From an uncultured Prevotellaceae bacterium (GTDB lineage Bacteria > Bacteroidota > Bacteroidia > Bacteroidales > Bacteroidaceae): DNA of 64,000 nucleotides. The stretch covers positions 9,647 through 73,646 of the forward strand of contig ONSR01000004.1 in assembly GCA_900320565.1 (NCBI GenBank). The letters run 5' to 3'. Below, in pieces: positions 1 to 9,657 of the stretch. Position numbers and translations under genes: made by a program. A model generated the notes under the pieces. The model did no database searches and had not been told where the DNA came from. It was given only the letters and a program-made list of their open reading frames with translations. Numbering within the stretch: the first letter of the stretch is position 1; each line of letters opens with the position of its first letter.

Positions 1-1
1 G

Positions 2-316
2 AAATCTAATGGGGAGAATGGCTTCCAATACTTTGTTGAATCAATAACTGATGACAGTCTGATTCTGCTGGACGAACCCGAAAACAGCCTTTCTGCAATG
101 TGGCAGAAGGAACTGGCTGTATTCATTCGTGGCGCAGTCAAGGAGTTTCGGTGTCAGTTTATCATCGCTACACATTCCCCCTTTTTGCTTTCTATCCCAG
201 AAGCCAAAATCTATGATTTGGATGCCACGCCTATTCAGGAATCTACGTGGAACAAGTTGGAAAGTATGCGATGCTACTATGACTTGTTCAATAATAATAA
301 AAACTTGTTTGAATAA
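2..316 (+). CDS. ABC/AAA_21-like ATPase, C-terminal fragment (5' end outside window)
   Basis: Frame 2 is open from the window edge. Motifs SLILLDEPENSLS (Walker B/D-loop) and FIIATHSPFLL (H-loop). TAA at 314-316. Confidence 0.7.
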   Translation, partial: KSNGENGFQYFVESITDDSLILLDEPENSLSAMWQKELAVFIRGAVKEFRCQFIIATHSPFLLSIPEAKIYDLDATPIQESTWNKLESMRCYYDLFNNNKNLFE

Positions 317-329
317 AGACCACAGCACT

Positions 330-1124
330 ATGAACAGAAATTTAATCAACCTTGACAACCTTATGGCAATGTCCTGGAAAGACCTGGTTATGTTCCTTGC
401 CACTCACAATGCAGAGGAACGAATCTTACGTGCAATCATACGCACAAAACCCGAATCAGAATGGGAACAACTGATAGACGAAAACACTCCGCAGACAGTC
501 TCCCATGCTATTGACACTATCTATTGGGAAAAGAACGCCTTCACTCATAGATATGAAATCAAAGACCAGCCCAAATACCGCTCTTCTGATGAAGTCCTCC
601 GTGATTTCCTAAGTACAGGCAAACGCCAAATTGCACGCAAGGAGTTGCAAGTTCGATTGCAATATCTAACCCCATACGAACAAAAGAGAATTCTGTATGC
701 GTTTATGGATTCGGACACAAAGCTCGACCGCGCATTTGCCTGCAAGTATCTGGACAAGCATTTTGAACCTATGTATCTGAAAGCTATTGAAACGATTTGG
801 GGATTGTATCATGAATATGAAGCAGCCAAGGTTCTAACGCACTATGTTTCAGATGAGTTCATTGCTGAGCATTTCGAACAGTTGGCGGAAGACTACCGCT
901 ATTTACCAGTACGCTTACGTATGCCGGCAAGCTACCCGGTTGACCATTCAAGACTGGAGGCACACGAACTTATCTGTCTCTGTGCTCGTCAGCACTTGCC
1001 GCTTACAGAGCAGGAGGCTTCTGCTGTTTTGTCCACACCTTATACCAGCTCTGTATTATGGGCATTGGGTGAACTCGGCTTCACGAATATTATCCTGCGC
1101 CACTATAGGCAAATGTCGTCCTAA
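330..1124 (+). CDS. hypothetical protein, no recognisable family
   Basis: Track ORF 129..1124 trimmed to the first ATG after the upstream stop (MNRNLINLD...). AT-rich codon usage like its neighbours. Confidence 0.5.
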   Translation: MNRNLINLDNLMAMSWKDLVMFLATHNAEERILRAIIRTKPESEWEQLIDENTPQTVSHAIDTIYWEKNAFTHRYEIKDQPKYRSSDEVLRDFLSTGKRQIARKELQVRLQYLTPYEQKRILYAFMDSDTKLDRAFACKYLDKHFEPMYLKAIETIWGLYHEYEAAKVLTHYVSDEFIAEHFEQLAEDYRYLPVRLRMPASYPVDHSRLEAHELICLCARQHLPLTEQEASAVLSTPYTSSVLWALGELGFTNIILRHYRQMSS

Positions 1125-1184
1125 TAATTTGCTCACGTCAAAAGAAATTCCTAACTTTGCGAACAAATTTAATCTTATTAAACA

Positions 1185-2096
1185 ATGAATCTAGACTATC
1201 CAACGAGTTTTAATGAACTCTTTTCAATTGAATACCCATGTAGCGAAGCAGACAAGTACGTTGGTCAAGGTAATCCTGCATCAAAGATACTTATTATTGC
1301 AAAAGAATGCGCTGGGGAAATGACAGATAGCAATAAAGAGTTAACCATTCCCTATATTCGTGGGATTAGAGGGAATTTCGAGGATTGGAAAGAAAAGAGA
1401 TACCTCGATATAGAAGACTGGTTTGATGCTGGATGGGATTGGAACAAATACCATCCACGCGAACCTTTCAAAGGACAACTATTGTTGAGGGATAACAGGA
1501 AGCCCGATATCAAAGGTAGCAATAGAGGAACAAGCCCAACATGGTGTGCTTACCAGAAGTTTATTAATGAACTATTACCCCATGAATTAAAGGTTAAAAG
1601 GGGAGAGCCTCTCAATTTCTACAAATACTGCTTTATTTCTGAGCTAAGCAGTTATCCAAAGCCTAATAGCAGACAAGTGACAAAAGAGACGCTCGATTCC
1701 ATTAATGCTCGAATTAACAATCCCAGCGGAATCCTGCGACAGCGCTTCTTCAAGGAGTTTCCTGTTATAATTCTATCCTGCTACAAATACATTGACTGGT
1801 ATAATATTCCTATTATGGAATACTTCAATAATCCTGAATTAAACCTGAAGTATGAATACAAAGGTATAATCGTATCAGAGGAAAGATACAGAGGCAACTT
1901 GAAACTATATCAAAATCAATATAATAATTCTTTAGCAAAAGGCGAGTTTATAAATGTGCATGAAGGCATGGACTCTAATGGACAAAAACATTTGCTGCTT
2001 CATACAAGTCATTTCCAAATGAAAACTGACACTTTCCTAAAAGCTGTTGTTGATTTAGTTCGACCCCTTGTTTGCTTTCACATGAATAGGCAATAA
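1185..2096 (+). CDS. hypothetical protein with weak uracil-DNA-glycosylase-superfamily-like motif
   Basis: 303-aa ORF. VGQGNPASKILIIAKECAG resembles the family-4 UDG motif GEGNPxAxhMhhGEGPG. LLLHTSHF could correspond to the late HPS-type motif. Judged by eye only. Confidence 0.45.
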   Translation: MNLDYPTSFNELFSIEYPCSEADKYVGQGNPASKILIIAKECAGEMTDSNKELTIPYIRGIRGNFEDWKEKRYLDIEDWFDAGWDWNKYHPREPFKGQLLLRDNRKPDIKGSNRGTSPTWCAYQKFINELLPHELKVKRGEPLNFYKYCFISELSSYPKPNSRQVTKETLDSINARINNPSGILRQRFFKEFPVIILSCYKYIDWYNIPIMEYFNNPELNLKYEYKGIIVSEERYRGNLKLYQNQYNNSLAKGEFINVHEGMDSNGQKHLLLHTSHFQMKTDTFLKAVVDLVRPLVCFHMNRQ

Positions 2097-2325
2097 ATTT
2101 GCCCTTTTTCGGAAGAAAATTTCTTTCTGTCATTTTTTTTGCAAAATTTTATTGGAGTGTTGTTTTTTGTTCCGAAAAAGGATAGTGTCTTTGTTTTACC
2201 CTTTCCCCTTTTCATTATTTCATTTCTTCATTATTTCATTATTTCTTTGTACTTGCCTTCGTCGAGCTACTTTTGCACTCGACAATAAAAATAAAATTTT
2301 ATTTTGTATTGTCCTCGCTTTGTCG

Positions 2326-2333
2326 TACCTTTG
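2326..2333 (+). promoter_or_regulatory. Bacteroidota -7 box TAccTTTG (DEAD helicase)
   Basis: tacctttg lies 8 nt before the ATG at 2342. A second box, tacttttg, is at 2258-2265. Confidence 0.6.
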
Positions 2334-2341
2334 CAGCCGAT

Positions 2342-4216
2342 ATGAAAAACTTTAACGAATTGGGGCTTGCCGAACCGCTCTTGCAAGCCATCGGAGAGTT
2401 GGGATATGAGCACCCGATGCCTGTGCAGGAGGAAGTCATTCCATACCTGCTGAACAATGATACAGACCTTGTTGCTCTGGCACAGACCGGCACAGGAAAG
2501 ACGGCGGCTTATGGGCTTCCGCTGCTCCAACAGTTAGTCCATTCCGACGGACCGACAGTAGTTATACTCAGCCCGACACGCGAACTCTGTCTGCAGATTG
2601 CCGACGACTTGGAGGGCTTCAGCAAATATCTGCCTGAGACGGAAATCGTGGCTGTCTATGGCGGCACAAACATCGAGCCGCAGATACGTGCCCTGCAACA
2701 TGGCGTGGACATCATCGTGGCAACACCTGGCCGATTGATGGACCTGATGAACCGTGGTGTAGCAAACCTCTCGAAGGTGCAATACGTTGTGCTCGACGAG
2801 GCAGACGAGATGCTCTCGATGGGCTTCCAGGAAGAGCTGGACAGCATCCTCGCAGGCATTCCCAGCCAGCATCGCACCCTGCTCTTCAGCGCCACAATGA
2901 GTCAGGAGATAGAACGCATCGCACAGAACTACCTGACCGATGCCAAACAGATTCAAGTGGGCAGTCGCAACGAAGGCGCCGAGAACGTCAACCACATATA
3001 TTATATGGTACACGCGCGCGACAAGTATCTCGCCTTGAAGCGCGTCGTCGATTACTATCCCCGCATCTATGCCATCATCTTCTGCCGTACACGACTCGAG
3101 ACACAAGAGGTAGCTGACAACCTGATTCGCGACGGCTACAACGCCGATGCCTTGCACGGCGAATTGTCTCAGCAGCAGCGTGAACTCACGATGCAGAAGT
3201 TTCGTCGGCATCGCATCCAACTGCTTGTGGCAACTGATGTGGCAGCTCGAGGCCTTGATGTAGATGACCTGACACACGTCATCAATTACGGCATGCCCGA
3301 CGATGTGGAATACTACACGCATCGCTCTGGCAGAACAGGTCGCGCAGGCAAGAAAGGCACGAGCATTTGCATCATCGGTATTCGCGAGAAGAGTAAGATA
3401 AAGCAAATAGAGAAAGAAATACAGAAGACGTTCGAGCAAGGCACTTTGCCCGAGCCGCGCGACATCTGCACCAAGCAACTCTATCACGTTATCGACGACA
3501 TCGAGCGCATCGAAGTCGATGAGGAAGAGATTGCACCCTTCATGGAAGAAGTGCAGAAGCGTTGGGAATGGCTCGACAAGACTGACCTCATCAAGCGTGT
3601 GCTCTCCCGAGAGTTCGGTCGTTTCCTGCAATACTATGCAGTAGAGGCTCCCCTTTCATCTCCCCAAGAAGGGGAGAAATCATCCCGCTCAAGAGACAAG
3701 AGAGGTGCTGGGAAGCGAACAGCCGAGGAAGGCTACGTCCGTCTGTTCCTCAATGTTGGCAAGATAGACGGCATGTATGCCAGGGAAATCATCGGCCTCA
3801 TCAACAAGAATGTGCAAGGCGACAAGGTGGCTGTGGGACGTATCGACCTGATGAAGAACTTTTCGTTCATCGAGGTGAAGCAAGACGACCTAAACCGAGT
3901 CATGAAGGGCTTGAAGCATGGCGTAACAGTAAAGGGCAGAAGTGTGGTCTGCGACATAGCAACGGATGAACCTCAGCAGAAGGATAATAAGCCCATTCGC
4001 AAGGAAAAGCCTGCCAGCAAGCCTCACCAAGAGAAACGGGGCAAGCCGTCTCGCGAAGAGCGTGGCTACACGGCTCCTCGAGGCAAGAAGTATTATAAGA
4101 AAGAGGATTGGATGAAGTTCCTCAACCCAGATAAACCCAAGAAAAACAAACTGAAAGGCGAAGTTCCCGACTTTAGCGAAGAAGGTTGGGCAAGACGCAA
4201 GCCAAAGAAGAAATAA
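2342..4216 (+). CDS. DEAD-box ATP-dependent RNA helicase with Lys/Arg-rich C-terminal tail
   Basis: MKNFNELGL start, AQTGTGKT (Walker A), VLDEADEM (DEAD box), HRSGRTGRAG motif VI. Track ORF trimmed to the ATG just after the promoter box. Confidence 0.9.
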   Translation: MKNFNELGLAEPLLQAIGELGYEHPMPVQEEVIPYLLNNDTDLVALAQTGTGKTAAYGLPLLQQLVHSDGPTVVILSPTRELCLQIADDLEGFSKYLPETEIVAVYGGTNIEPQIRALQHGVDIIVATPGRLMDLMNRGVANLSKVQYVVLDEADEMLSMGFQEELDSILAGIPSQHRTLLFSATMSQEIERIAQNYLTDAKQIQVGSRNEGAENVNHIYYMVHARDKYLALKRVVDYYPRIYAIIFCRTRLETQEVADNLIRDGYNADALHGELSQQQRELTMQKFRRHRIQLLVATDVAARGLDVDDLTHVINYGMPDDVEYYTHRSGRTGRAGKKGTSICIIGIREKSKIKQIEKEIQKTFEQGTLPEPRDICTKQLYHVIDDIERIEVDEEEIAPFMEEVQKRWEWLDKTDLIKRVLSREFGRFLQYYAVEAPLSSPQEGEKSSRSRDKRGAGKRTAEEGYVRLFLNVGKIDGMYAREIIGLINKNVQGDKVAVGRIDLMKNFSFIEVKQDDLNRVMKGLKHGVTVKGRSVVCDIATDEPQQKDNKPIRKEKPASKPHQEKRGKPSREERGYTAPRGKKYYKKEDWMKFLNPDKPKKNKLKGEVPDFSEEGWARRKPKKK

Positions 4217-4224
4217 TAAACACA

Positions 4225-6369
4225 ATGAAGAAAATATTCCTTTGCGCCATTCTATGCGCAATTACATCCCTTTCCCGTGCCGACGAAGGCATGTGGATGC
4301 TGAATCGTATTGACGAGAAAACGGCTGCAGCCATGAAAAGCCTTGGCCTGCAACTTACGCCCGACCAACTCTACAGTACTGAACATGCAAGCCTCAAGGA
4401 CTGTGTGGTCGATTTCGGAGACTTCTGCTCCGGCGTCGTGGTGAGTCAAGACGGACTTGTTTTCACGAATCATCACTGCGGATACGGCGCCATCCAGAGT
4501 CTTTCGACACCCGAAGACGACATCCTGACGAACGGCTTTGTGGCCCACAAACGCAAGATGGAACGCCCCGTCGATGGGCTGTTCGTGAAGTTCCTGCAGC
4601 GCACGGAAGAATGTACAGAACGTATCATGCAGGCACTGGATGAGGTTTACAAGGCTCATCCCGACGAGTCGAAGGCCGAACTCAGCAAGCAATACACAGA
4701 CAGCATCATGGGTGCCGTCGAGAAGGAACTGCAGGAAGCCAACCCGGGACTTGAGTGCCTGGTGAAACGCTACTATAGCAGCAATGCTTTCTATGCAAGC
4801 TTCTACAAGATCTATCGCGACATCCGACTCGTCTTCACCGCAACTGAGACGCTCGGCAAGTTCGGCGGCGACACCGACAACTGGATGTGGCCTCGCCAGA
4901 CCTGCGACTTTAGCGTGTTCCGCATCTATGCCGACAAGAAGGGAGAGCCTGCCGACTATAGTCCGAAGAACGTGCCTCTGCGCTGCAAGAACTACGCCCG
5001 CATCGCCACAGACGGCTTCCAGAATGGTGACTTCTGCATGACTGTTGGCTACCCGGGAAGCACCAGCCGATACCTCAGTTCATGGGGAATCGACGAACGC
5101 GTCAATGCCATCAATGTCAGCACAATACAGGTCAGAGGCAAGAAGCAAGAGGTGTGGAAGCGCTTCATGGACGCCGACCGAGCCGTCGGCATCAAGTACG
5201 CCAGCAAATGGGCCAGCAGCAGTAACTACTGGAAGAACAGCATCGGCATGAACAAAGCCATAGCCGACCTCGAAGTCATCAAGCAGAAACAGCAACTCGA
5301 GGACAAAGTCAGACAATGGTACGGCAGCCGAGCCGACCTCTCCGAACGCTTCGGCGAGATGTTCCAAATGCTTGAAGAAGCTTACGGAAAGCGTCGCGAC
5401 GATGTCTTCGCTGCAGGTTTCTTCCGTGAGACCTTCATGCGAGGCATCGAACTCTATCGCGTAGCCAACATGATTAACTCGATGCCCCAAGATGCAGACA
5501 GCACCGAGGCAGCTCAAGTGCGCAGTCGCATGGAGTCCTTCTTCAAGGATTATGACGCCAAACTCGACGAGGCCACGATGATTGCTCTGCTGCGAAACTA
5601 CCGCAAGCAAGTGCCCGACAAAGACTACCTGCCCGAGTGCTACAACACCATCGACAGCCTGTATGGGGGCGACGAGGCAGCCTACGCACACGATGTCTTT
5701 GCCCGAACCATCTGCTTAGACCCGTCGGCTGTGGATAAGGTGCTGGCCGACAGCACCCTGCGCGACACTGACCTCGGACTGCTTTATGCAGATGGCATCC
5801 CCACGAAGTTTCAGGAGATAAGTGGCAGCTGTCGCGATGCTTCCACCATCATCGACTATAACGAGCACCTACTGACGCAGGCACTCCTCGAGATGGACCA
5901 GGAGAATCCACACTACAGCGACGCCAACTTCACCATGCGACTCTCTTACGGCTACATCCAAGACTACACGGCTGGAGGCACGCACCACCAGTACTACACC
6001 AATGCGCAAAGCCTGCTCGACAAAGCCGCCAAGCAGGGAGAGATAGAAGACTACAAGCTGGAGGACGACATCATCAGCCTGCTCCAGAAAGGCGACTGGG
6101 GACGCTATGCCGACAAGACGACCGGCGACATGCATCTCTGCTTCCTCTCCAACAACGATATCACGGGTGGCAACTCTGGCTCGCCCATGTTCAACGGCAA
6201 AGGAGAACTATTGGGTCTGGCCTTCGACGGCAACTGGGAGGCCATGTCGGGCGACATCTCGTTCGACAGCAACCTGCAGCGCTGCATCGGAGTCGATGTC
6301 CGCTTTGTCCTCTTCGTTATAGACAAATGGGGAAAAGCCAAGAAGCTTATTAAAGAGCTAAAGCCTTAA
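4225..6369 (+). CDS. S46 family dipeptidyl-peptidase (DPP7/DPP11-like)
   Basis: Signal peptide followed by ADEGMWML, and GGNSGSPMFNGKGELLGLAFDGNWE near the C-terminus. Both are typical of peptidase S46. Confidence 0.85.
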   Translation: MKKIFLCAILCAITSLSRADEGMWMLNRIDEKTAAAMKSLGLQLTPDQLYSTEHASLKDCVVDFGDFCSGVVVSQDGLVFTNHHCGYGAIQSLSTPEDDILTNGFVAHKRKMERPVDGLFVKFLQRTEECTERIMQALDEVYKAHPDESKAELSKQYTDSIMGAVEKELQEANPGLECLVKRYYSSNAFYASFYKIYRDIRLVFTATETLGKFGGDTDNWMWPRQTCDFSVFRIYADKKGEPADYSPKNVPLRCKNYARIATDGFQNGDFCMTVGYPGSTSRYLSSWGIDERVNAINVSTIQVRGKKQEVWKRFMDADRAVGIKYASKWASSSNYWKNSIGMNKAIADLEVIKQKQQLEDKVRQWYGSRADLSERFGEMFQMLEEAYGKRRDDVFAAGFFRETFMRGIELYRVANMINSMPQDADSTEAAQVRSRMESFFKDYDAKLDEATMIALLRNYRKQVPDKDYLPECYNTIDSLYGGDEAAYAHDVFARTICLDPSAVDKVLADSTLRDTDLGLLYADGIPTKFQEISGSCRDASTIIDYNEHLLTQALLEMDQENPHYSDANFTMRLSYGYIQDYTAGGTHHQYYTNAQSLLDKAAKQGEIEDYKLEDDIISLLQKGDWGRYADKTTGDMHLCFLSNNDITGGNSGSPMFNGKGELLGLAFDGNWEAMSGDISFDSNLQRCIGVDVRFVLFVIDKWGKAKKLIKELKP

Positions 6370-6381
6370 GTCATTCTCGAC

Positions 6382-7044
6382 TCACAGCTTATCGCCGTAT
6401 GCTAAGTCGCCCGCGTCGCCAAGACCCGGCACGATGTAGCTGCGCTCATTGAGGACGGGATCGATGGCAGCGCACCAAAGCTCCACTTCTTCGTACTCGC
6501 CAAAGCTCTTCTGTATGTGTGCAACGCCTTCCTCACTGGCAATGACGCTTACCAGGATGGCACGACGCGGCCTTCCGTTCTTGAGAAAAGCAACCAGCCC
6601 CAGCTCCAGACTATAACCCTTTGCCAGCATAGGATCGACGATGATGAGCGTCTTGTCGGTCAAATCGGGCGAAGCCATATACTCCACATTCACGCCCACC
6701 TTGCTGCATTCCTTGTCCTTATAGTATCGGAAGGCACTAACGAAGCCATTCTCCGCATGGTCAAAGACATTGAGGAAGCCCTGATGGAAGGGCAGTCCGG
6801 CGCGAAAGATGGTGGCCAGCACAATGTTCTCCGAGAGGCGTTGGCACTTGCACTCGGCCAACGGCGTCTGCACCGTCGTCTCCTTATAACTGAGGTCTTT
6901 GCTTATTTCGAACGCCATCATTTCCCCGATGCGCTCCAAGTTCCGGCGGAAGCGCATGCGATCCTGCTGAATCTGTACATCCCTGAGTTCACTCACATAC
7001 TGGTTGATGACGCTCGGCGTCTCGCTCATATTGACTACTTTCAT
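6382..7044 (-). CDS. upp: uracil phosphoribosyltransferase
   Basis: 220-aa ORF with a Upp-like N-terminus (VINQYVSELRD...RMRFRRNLERIGE) and a PRPP-binding stretch LIIVDPMLAKGYS. Confidence 0.85.
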   Translation of the reverse strand: MKVVNMSETPSVINQYVSELRDVQIQQDRMRFRRNLERIGEMMAFEISKDLSYKETTVQTPLAECKCQRLSENIVLATIFRAGLPFHQGFLNVFDHAENGFVSAFRYYKDKECSKVGVNVEYMASPDLTDKTLIIVDPMLAKGYSLELGLVAFLKNGRPRRAILVSVIASEEGVAHIQKSFGEYEEVELWCAAIDPVLNERSYIVPGLGDAGDLAYGDKL

Positions 7045-7071
7045 GGTCGTTTAATTTAATATTGCTGCATG

Positions 7072-7079
7072 CAAAGATA
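7072..7079 (-). promoter_or_regulatory. -7 box TAtcTTTG (upp)
   Basis: The reverse complement of caaagata lies 28 nt upstream of the start at 7044. Confidence 0.55.
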
Positions 7080-7172
7080 TAAAAAAGATTGAAGATTATG
7101 GACTGCAAGCCCTAGATTTTTATGTCTAAATGCAAAGTTTGCTTTGCAAAAAAGCACGCAAAACAAAAACTT

Positions 7173-7200
7173 TAAACTCTAAACTCTAAACTTTCAACTT
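7173..7200. repeat. heptamer array (taaactc)x4 abutting the pckA promoter
   Basis: taaactc taaactc taaactt tcaactt. The same array occurs at 20700-20727. Confidence 0.9.
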
Positions 7201-7207
7201 TATTTCG

Positions 7208-7215
7208 TACCTTTG
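7208..7215 (+). promoter_or_regulatory. -7 box TAccTTTG (pckA)
   Basis: Part of the 17-mer tcgtacctttgcagccg, which also occurs at 2322-2338. Preceded by a (taaactc)n array. Confidence 0.65.
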
Positions 7216-7271
7216 CAGCCGTTTAAGAGACAATATAATCTAAGTATAACTATAAATTCAACATCAAAACA

Positions 7272-8885
7272 ATGGCAACAGTTAATTTGGAACAGTACGG
7301 CATCACCGGTAGCACCGTGATTGCCCACAACCCCTCTTACGAGGAGCTCTACAAGGCTGAGATCGACCCCGCGCTCACAGGTTATGAGGTAGGACAGGAG
7401 ACAGAACTCGGCGCAGTAAACGTGATGACAGGCGTCTTCACAGGTCGTTCGCCCAAGGACAAGTACATCGTTGACAACGACGAGAGCCACAACAACGTAT
7501 GGTGGACCTCTGAGGAGTACAAGAACGACAACCACCCCATGAGCGAAGAGGTATGGGCTAAGGTAAAAGACATTGCTATCAAAGAGCTCTGCGGTAAGAA
7601 GCTTTATGTTGTTGACGCATTCTGCGGCGCAAACGAAGCTACTCGTCTGGCTGTTCGCTTCATTGTAGAGGTTGCTTGGCAGGCTCACTTCATCAAGAAC
7701 ATGTTCATCCAGCCCACAGAGAAGGAGCTTGCTGAGTTCAAGCCCAACTTCGTCATCTTCAACGCCAGCAAGGCTAAGGTTGAGAACTACAAGGAACTCG
7801 GCCTGAACTCCGACACTTGCGTAGCTTTCAACACAAAGGCTCGTCAGCAAGTCATCATCAACACCTGGTACGGCGGTGAGATGAAGAAGGGTATGTTCTC
7901 CATGCAGAACTACTACCTGCCTCTGCAGGGCATCGCTTCTATGCACTGCTCAGCCAACACCGATATGGAAGGTAAGAACACAGCTATCTTCTTCGGTCTC
8001 TCTGGCACAGGCAAGACAACCCTCTCTACCGACCCGAAGCGTCTCCTCATCGGCGACGACGAGCACGGATGGGACGACGAGGGCGTCTTCAACCTCGAAG
8101 GCGGTTGCTACGCTAAGGTTATCAACCTCTCTAAGGAGAACGAACCCGACATCTATGGTGCCATCAAGCGTAACGCTCTCCTCGAGAACGTAACAGTTGA
8201 CAAGGACGGCAAGATCGACTTCGCCGACAAGAGCGTCACCGAGAACACTCGCGTAAGCTATCCCATCGAGCACATCGAGAAGATTGTGAAGAAGGTCAAT
8301 GGTAAGAGCGCAGGCCCAGACGCAAAGAACGTCATCTTCCTCAGCGCAGATGCATTCGGCGTACTGCCTCCCGTATCTATCCTGACTCCCGAGCAGACCA
8401 AGTACTACTTCCTCTCTGGCTTCACAGCAAAGCTTGCTGGTACAGAGCGCGGCATCACAGAGCCCACTCCCACTTTCTCAGCTTGCTTCGGTCAGGCTTT
8501 CCTCGAGCTGCATCCCACAAAGTATGCTGAGGAACTCGTTAAGAAGATGGAGAAGAGTGGTGCTAAGGCTTACCTCGTTAACACAGGTTGGAACGGCACA
8601 GGCAAGCGCATCTCAATTCCCGACACACGTGGCATCATCGACGCAATCCTTGATGGCAGCATCCTGAAGGCTGAAACAAAGAAGATTCCTTTCTTCGACT
8701 TCGAGGTGCCCACAGCACTGCCCAACGTAAATCCCGCTATCCTCGATCCACGCGACACCTACGCAGAGGCAAGCATCTGGGAAGAGAAGGCAAAGGATCT
8801 CGCTGCCCGCTTCATTAAGAACTTCAAGAAGTACGAAGGCAACGAAGCTGGTAAGGCTCTCGTTGCTGCAGGTCCAAAGCTGTAA
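7272..8885 (+). CDS. pckA: phosphoenolpyruvate carboxykinase (ATP)
   Basis: 537 aa. [13 protein letters not shown] kinase-1a motif and IGDDEHGW. Confidence 0.95.
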   Translation: MATVNLEQYGITGSTVIAHNPSYEELYKAEIDPALTGYEVGQETELGAVNVMTGVFTGRSPKDKYIVDNDESHNNVWWTSEEYKNDNHPMSEEVWAKVKDIAIKELCGKKLYVVDAFCGANEATRLAVRFIVEVAWQAHFIKNMFIQPTEKELAEFKPNFVIFNASKAKVENYKELGLNSDTCVAFNTKARQQVIINTWYGGEMKKGMFSMQNYYLPLQGIASMHCSANTDMEGKNTAIFFGLSGTGKTTLSTDPKRLLIGDDEHGWDDEGVFNLEGGCYAKVINLSKENEPDIYGAIKRNALLENVTVDKDGKIDFADKSVTENTRVSYPIEHIEKIVKKVNGKSAGPDAKNVIFLSADAFGVLPPVSILTPEQTKYYFLSGFTAKLAGTERGITEPTPTFSACFGQAFLELHPTKYAEELVKKMEKSGAKAYLVNTGWNGTGKRISIPDTRGIIDAILDGSILKAETKKIPFFDFEVPTALPNVNPAILDPRDTYAEASIWEEKAKDLAARFIKNFKKYEGNEAGKALVAAGPKL

Positions 8886-8958
8886 GGCTGCAAGACCGAA
8901 AGGCAACGAGCTCTAAAAAGAGAACTCGTCCCTGCAGGCCCTCAGTTCTAAAAACACA

Positions 8959-9035
8959 GCACGCCTAGTTGGCAAACTAGGCGTGCCTAAATGATAAACA
9001 CAGCGTGCTTAGTTAACAAACTAAGCACGCTGTGT
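8959..9035. repeat. 22-bp phased array, GCACG family (3.5 units)
   Basis: gcacgcctagttggcaaactag / gcgtgcctaaatgataaacaca / gcgtgcttagttaacaaactaa / gcacgctgtgt. Confidence 0.85.
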
Positions 9036-9040
9036 TTTAT
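8998..9040 (+). terminator. rho-independent terminator of pckA
   Basis: 17-bp stem acacagcgtgcttagtt / aactaagcacgctgtgt with loop aaca, followed by a tttta run. Confidence 0.7.
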
Positions 9041-9083
9041 ATTACATTATAAATATATACGCGCGTACGCGAGGCAAGTCTTC

Positions 9084-9617
9084 TTACTGGAAGAACGAGA
9101 AGTTGACGCTGCCGTAACTGCGATGCTCGACGAAGCGGGGATGCTGGGAGAAATTGTTTGTCTTCCCATGTTCCAGCACAAAGAGTCCGCCTTCTTTGAG
9201 TAGGTTGCGGCTTAAGACAATGTCGGGCAGTTCAGGAAGTTGCGGCAGGGCGTAAGGCGGGTCGGCAAAGATGAAGTCGAACTGCTCACGGCACTTTGCC
9301 AGATACTGAAAGACATCACCACGGACGGGCAGTGCTGCTGTATCCTGCAACTTGTCGAGGAACTGCTTGATTAGGCGGTGATGACGTCCGTCGAGCTCAA
9401 CACTGATGACACGTCCGCAGCCACGACTGACGAGTTCCAACGTGATGCTGCCCGTACCAGAGAAGAGGTCGAGAGCCGTCGGCGCTTCGTCGAAGTCGAT
9501 ATAAGCCTGCAGAACATTGAAGAGATTCTCCTTCGCGAAGTCCGTCGTCGGACGTGCCGAGAAACTGCGAGGCACTTCGAAATGTCTGCCTTTGTATTTA
9601 CCTGTGATGATTCTCAT
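9084..9617 (-). CDS. rsmD: 16S rRNA (guanine966-N2)-methyltransferase RsmD
   Basis: MRIITGKYKGRHF..., LDLFSGTGS and FADPPY motifs. Start moved to the internal ATG (track start 9665 would overlap the upstream gene). Confidence 0.8.
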   Translation of the reverse strand: MRIITGKYKGRHFEVPRSFSARPTTDFAKENLFNVLQAYIDFDEAPTALDLFSGTGSITLELVSRGCGRVISVELDGRHHRLIKQFLDKLQDTAALPVRGDVFQYLAKCREQFDFIFADPPYALPQLPELPDIVLSRNLLKEGGLFVLEHGKTNNFSQHPRFVEHRSYGSVNFSFFQ

Positions 9618-9657
9618 TGCCTCTCCTATCTCCTCCCCTAAAGGAAGGGCTTCATTC

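Noticed and set aside
8959-9035. Whether the 22-bp arrays (also at 12694, 20342, 25692, 32336, 40254, 46971, 52155 and 58462) are CRISPR arrays.
   Set aside because: The units are directly adjacent with no unique spacers. The arrays have only 3-5 units, the 22-bp period is too short for repeat plus spacer, and no cas genes are present in the window.
9628-9655. ctcctcccctaaaggaagggc upstream of rsmD as another copy of the palindromic module.
   Set aside because: It matches the CCCCCTTAAAGGGGG core only partially and has no flanking arm sequence, so it could be chance or a very decayed remnant.
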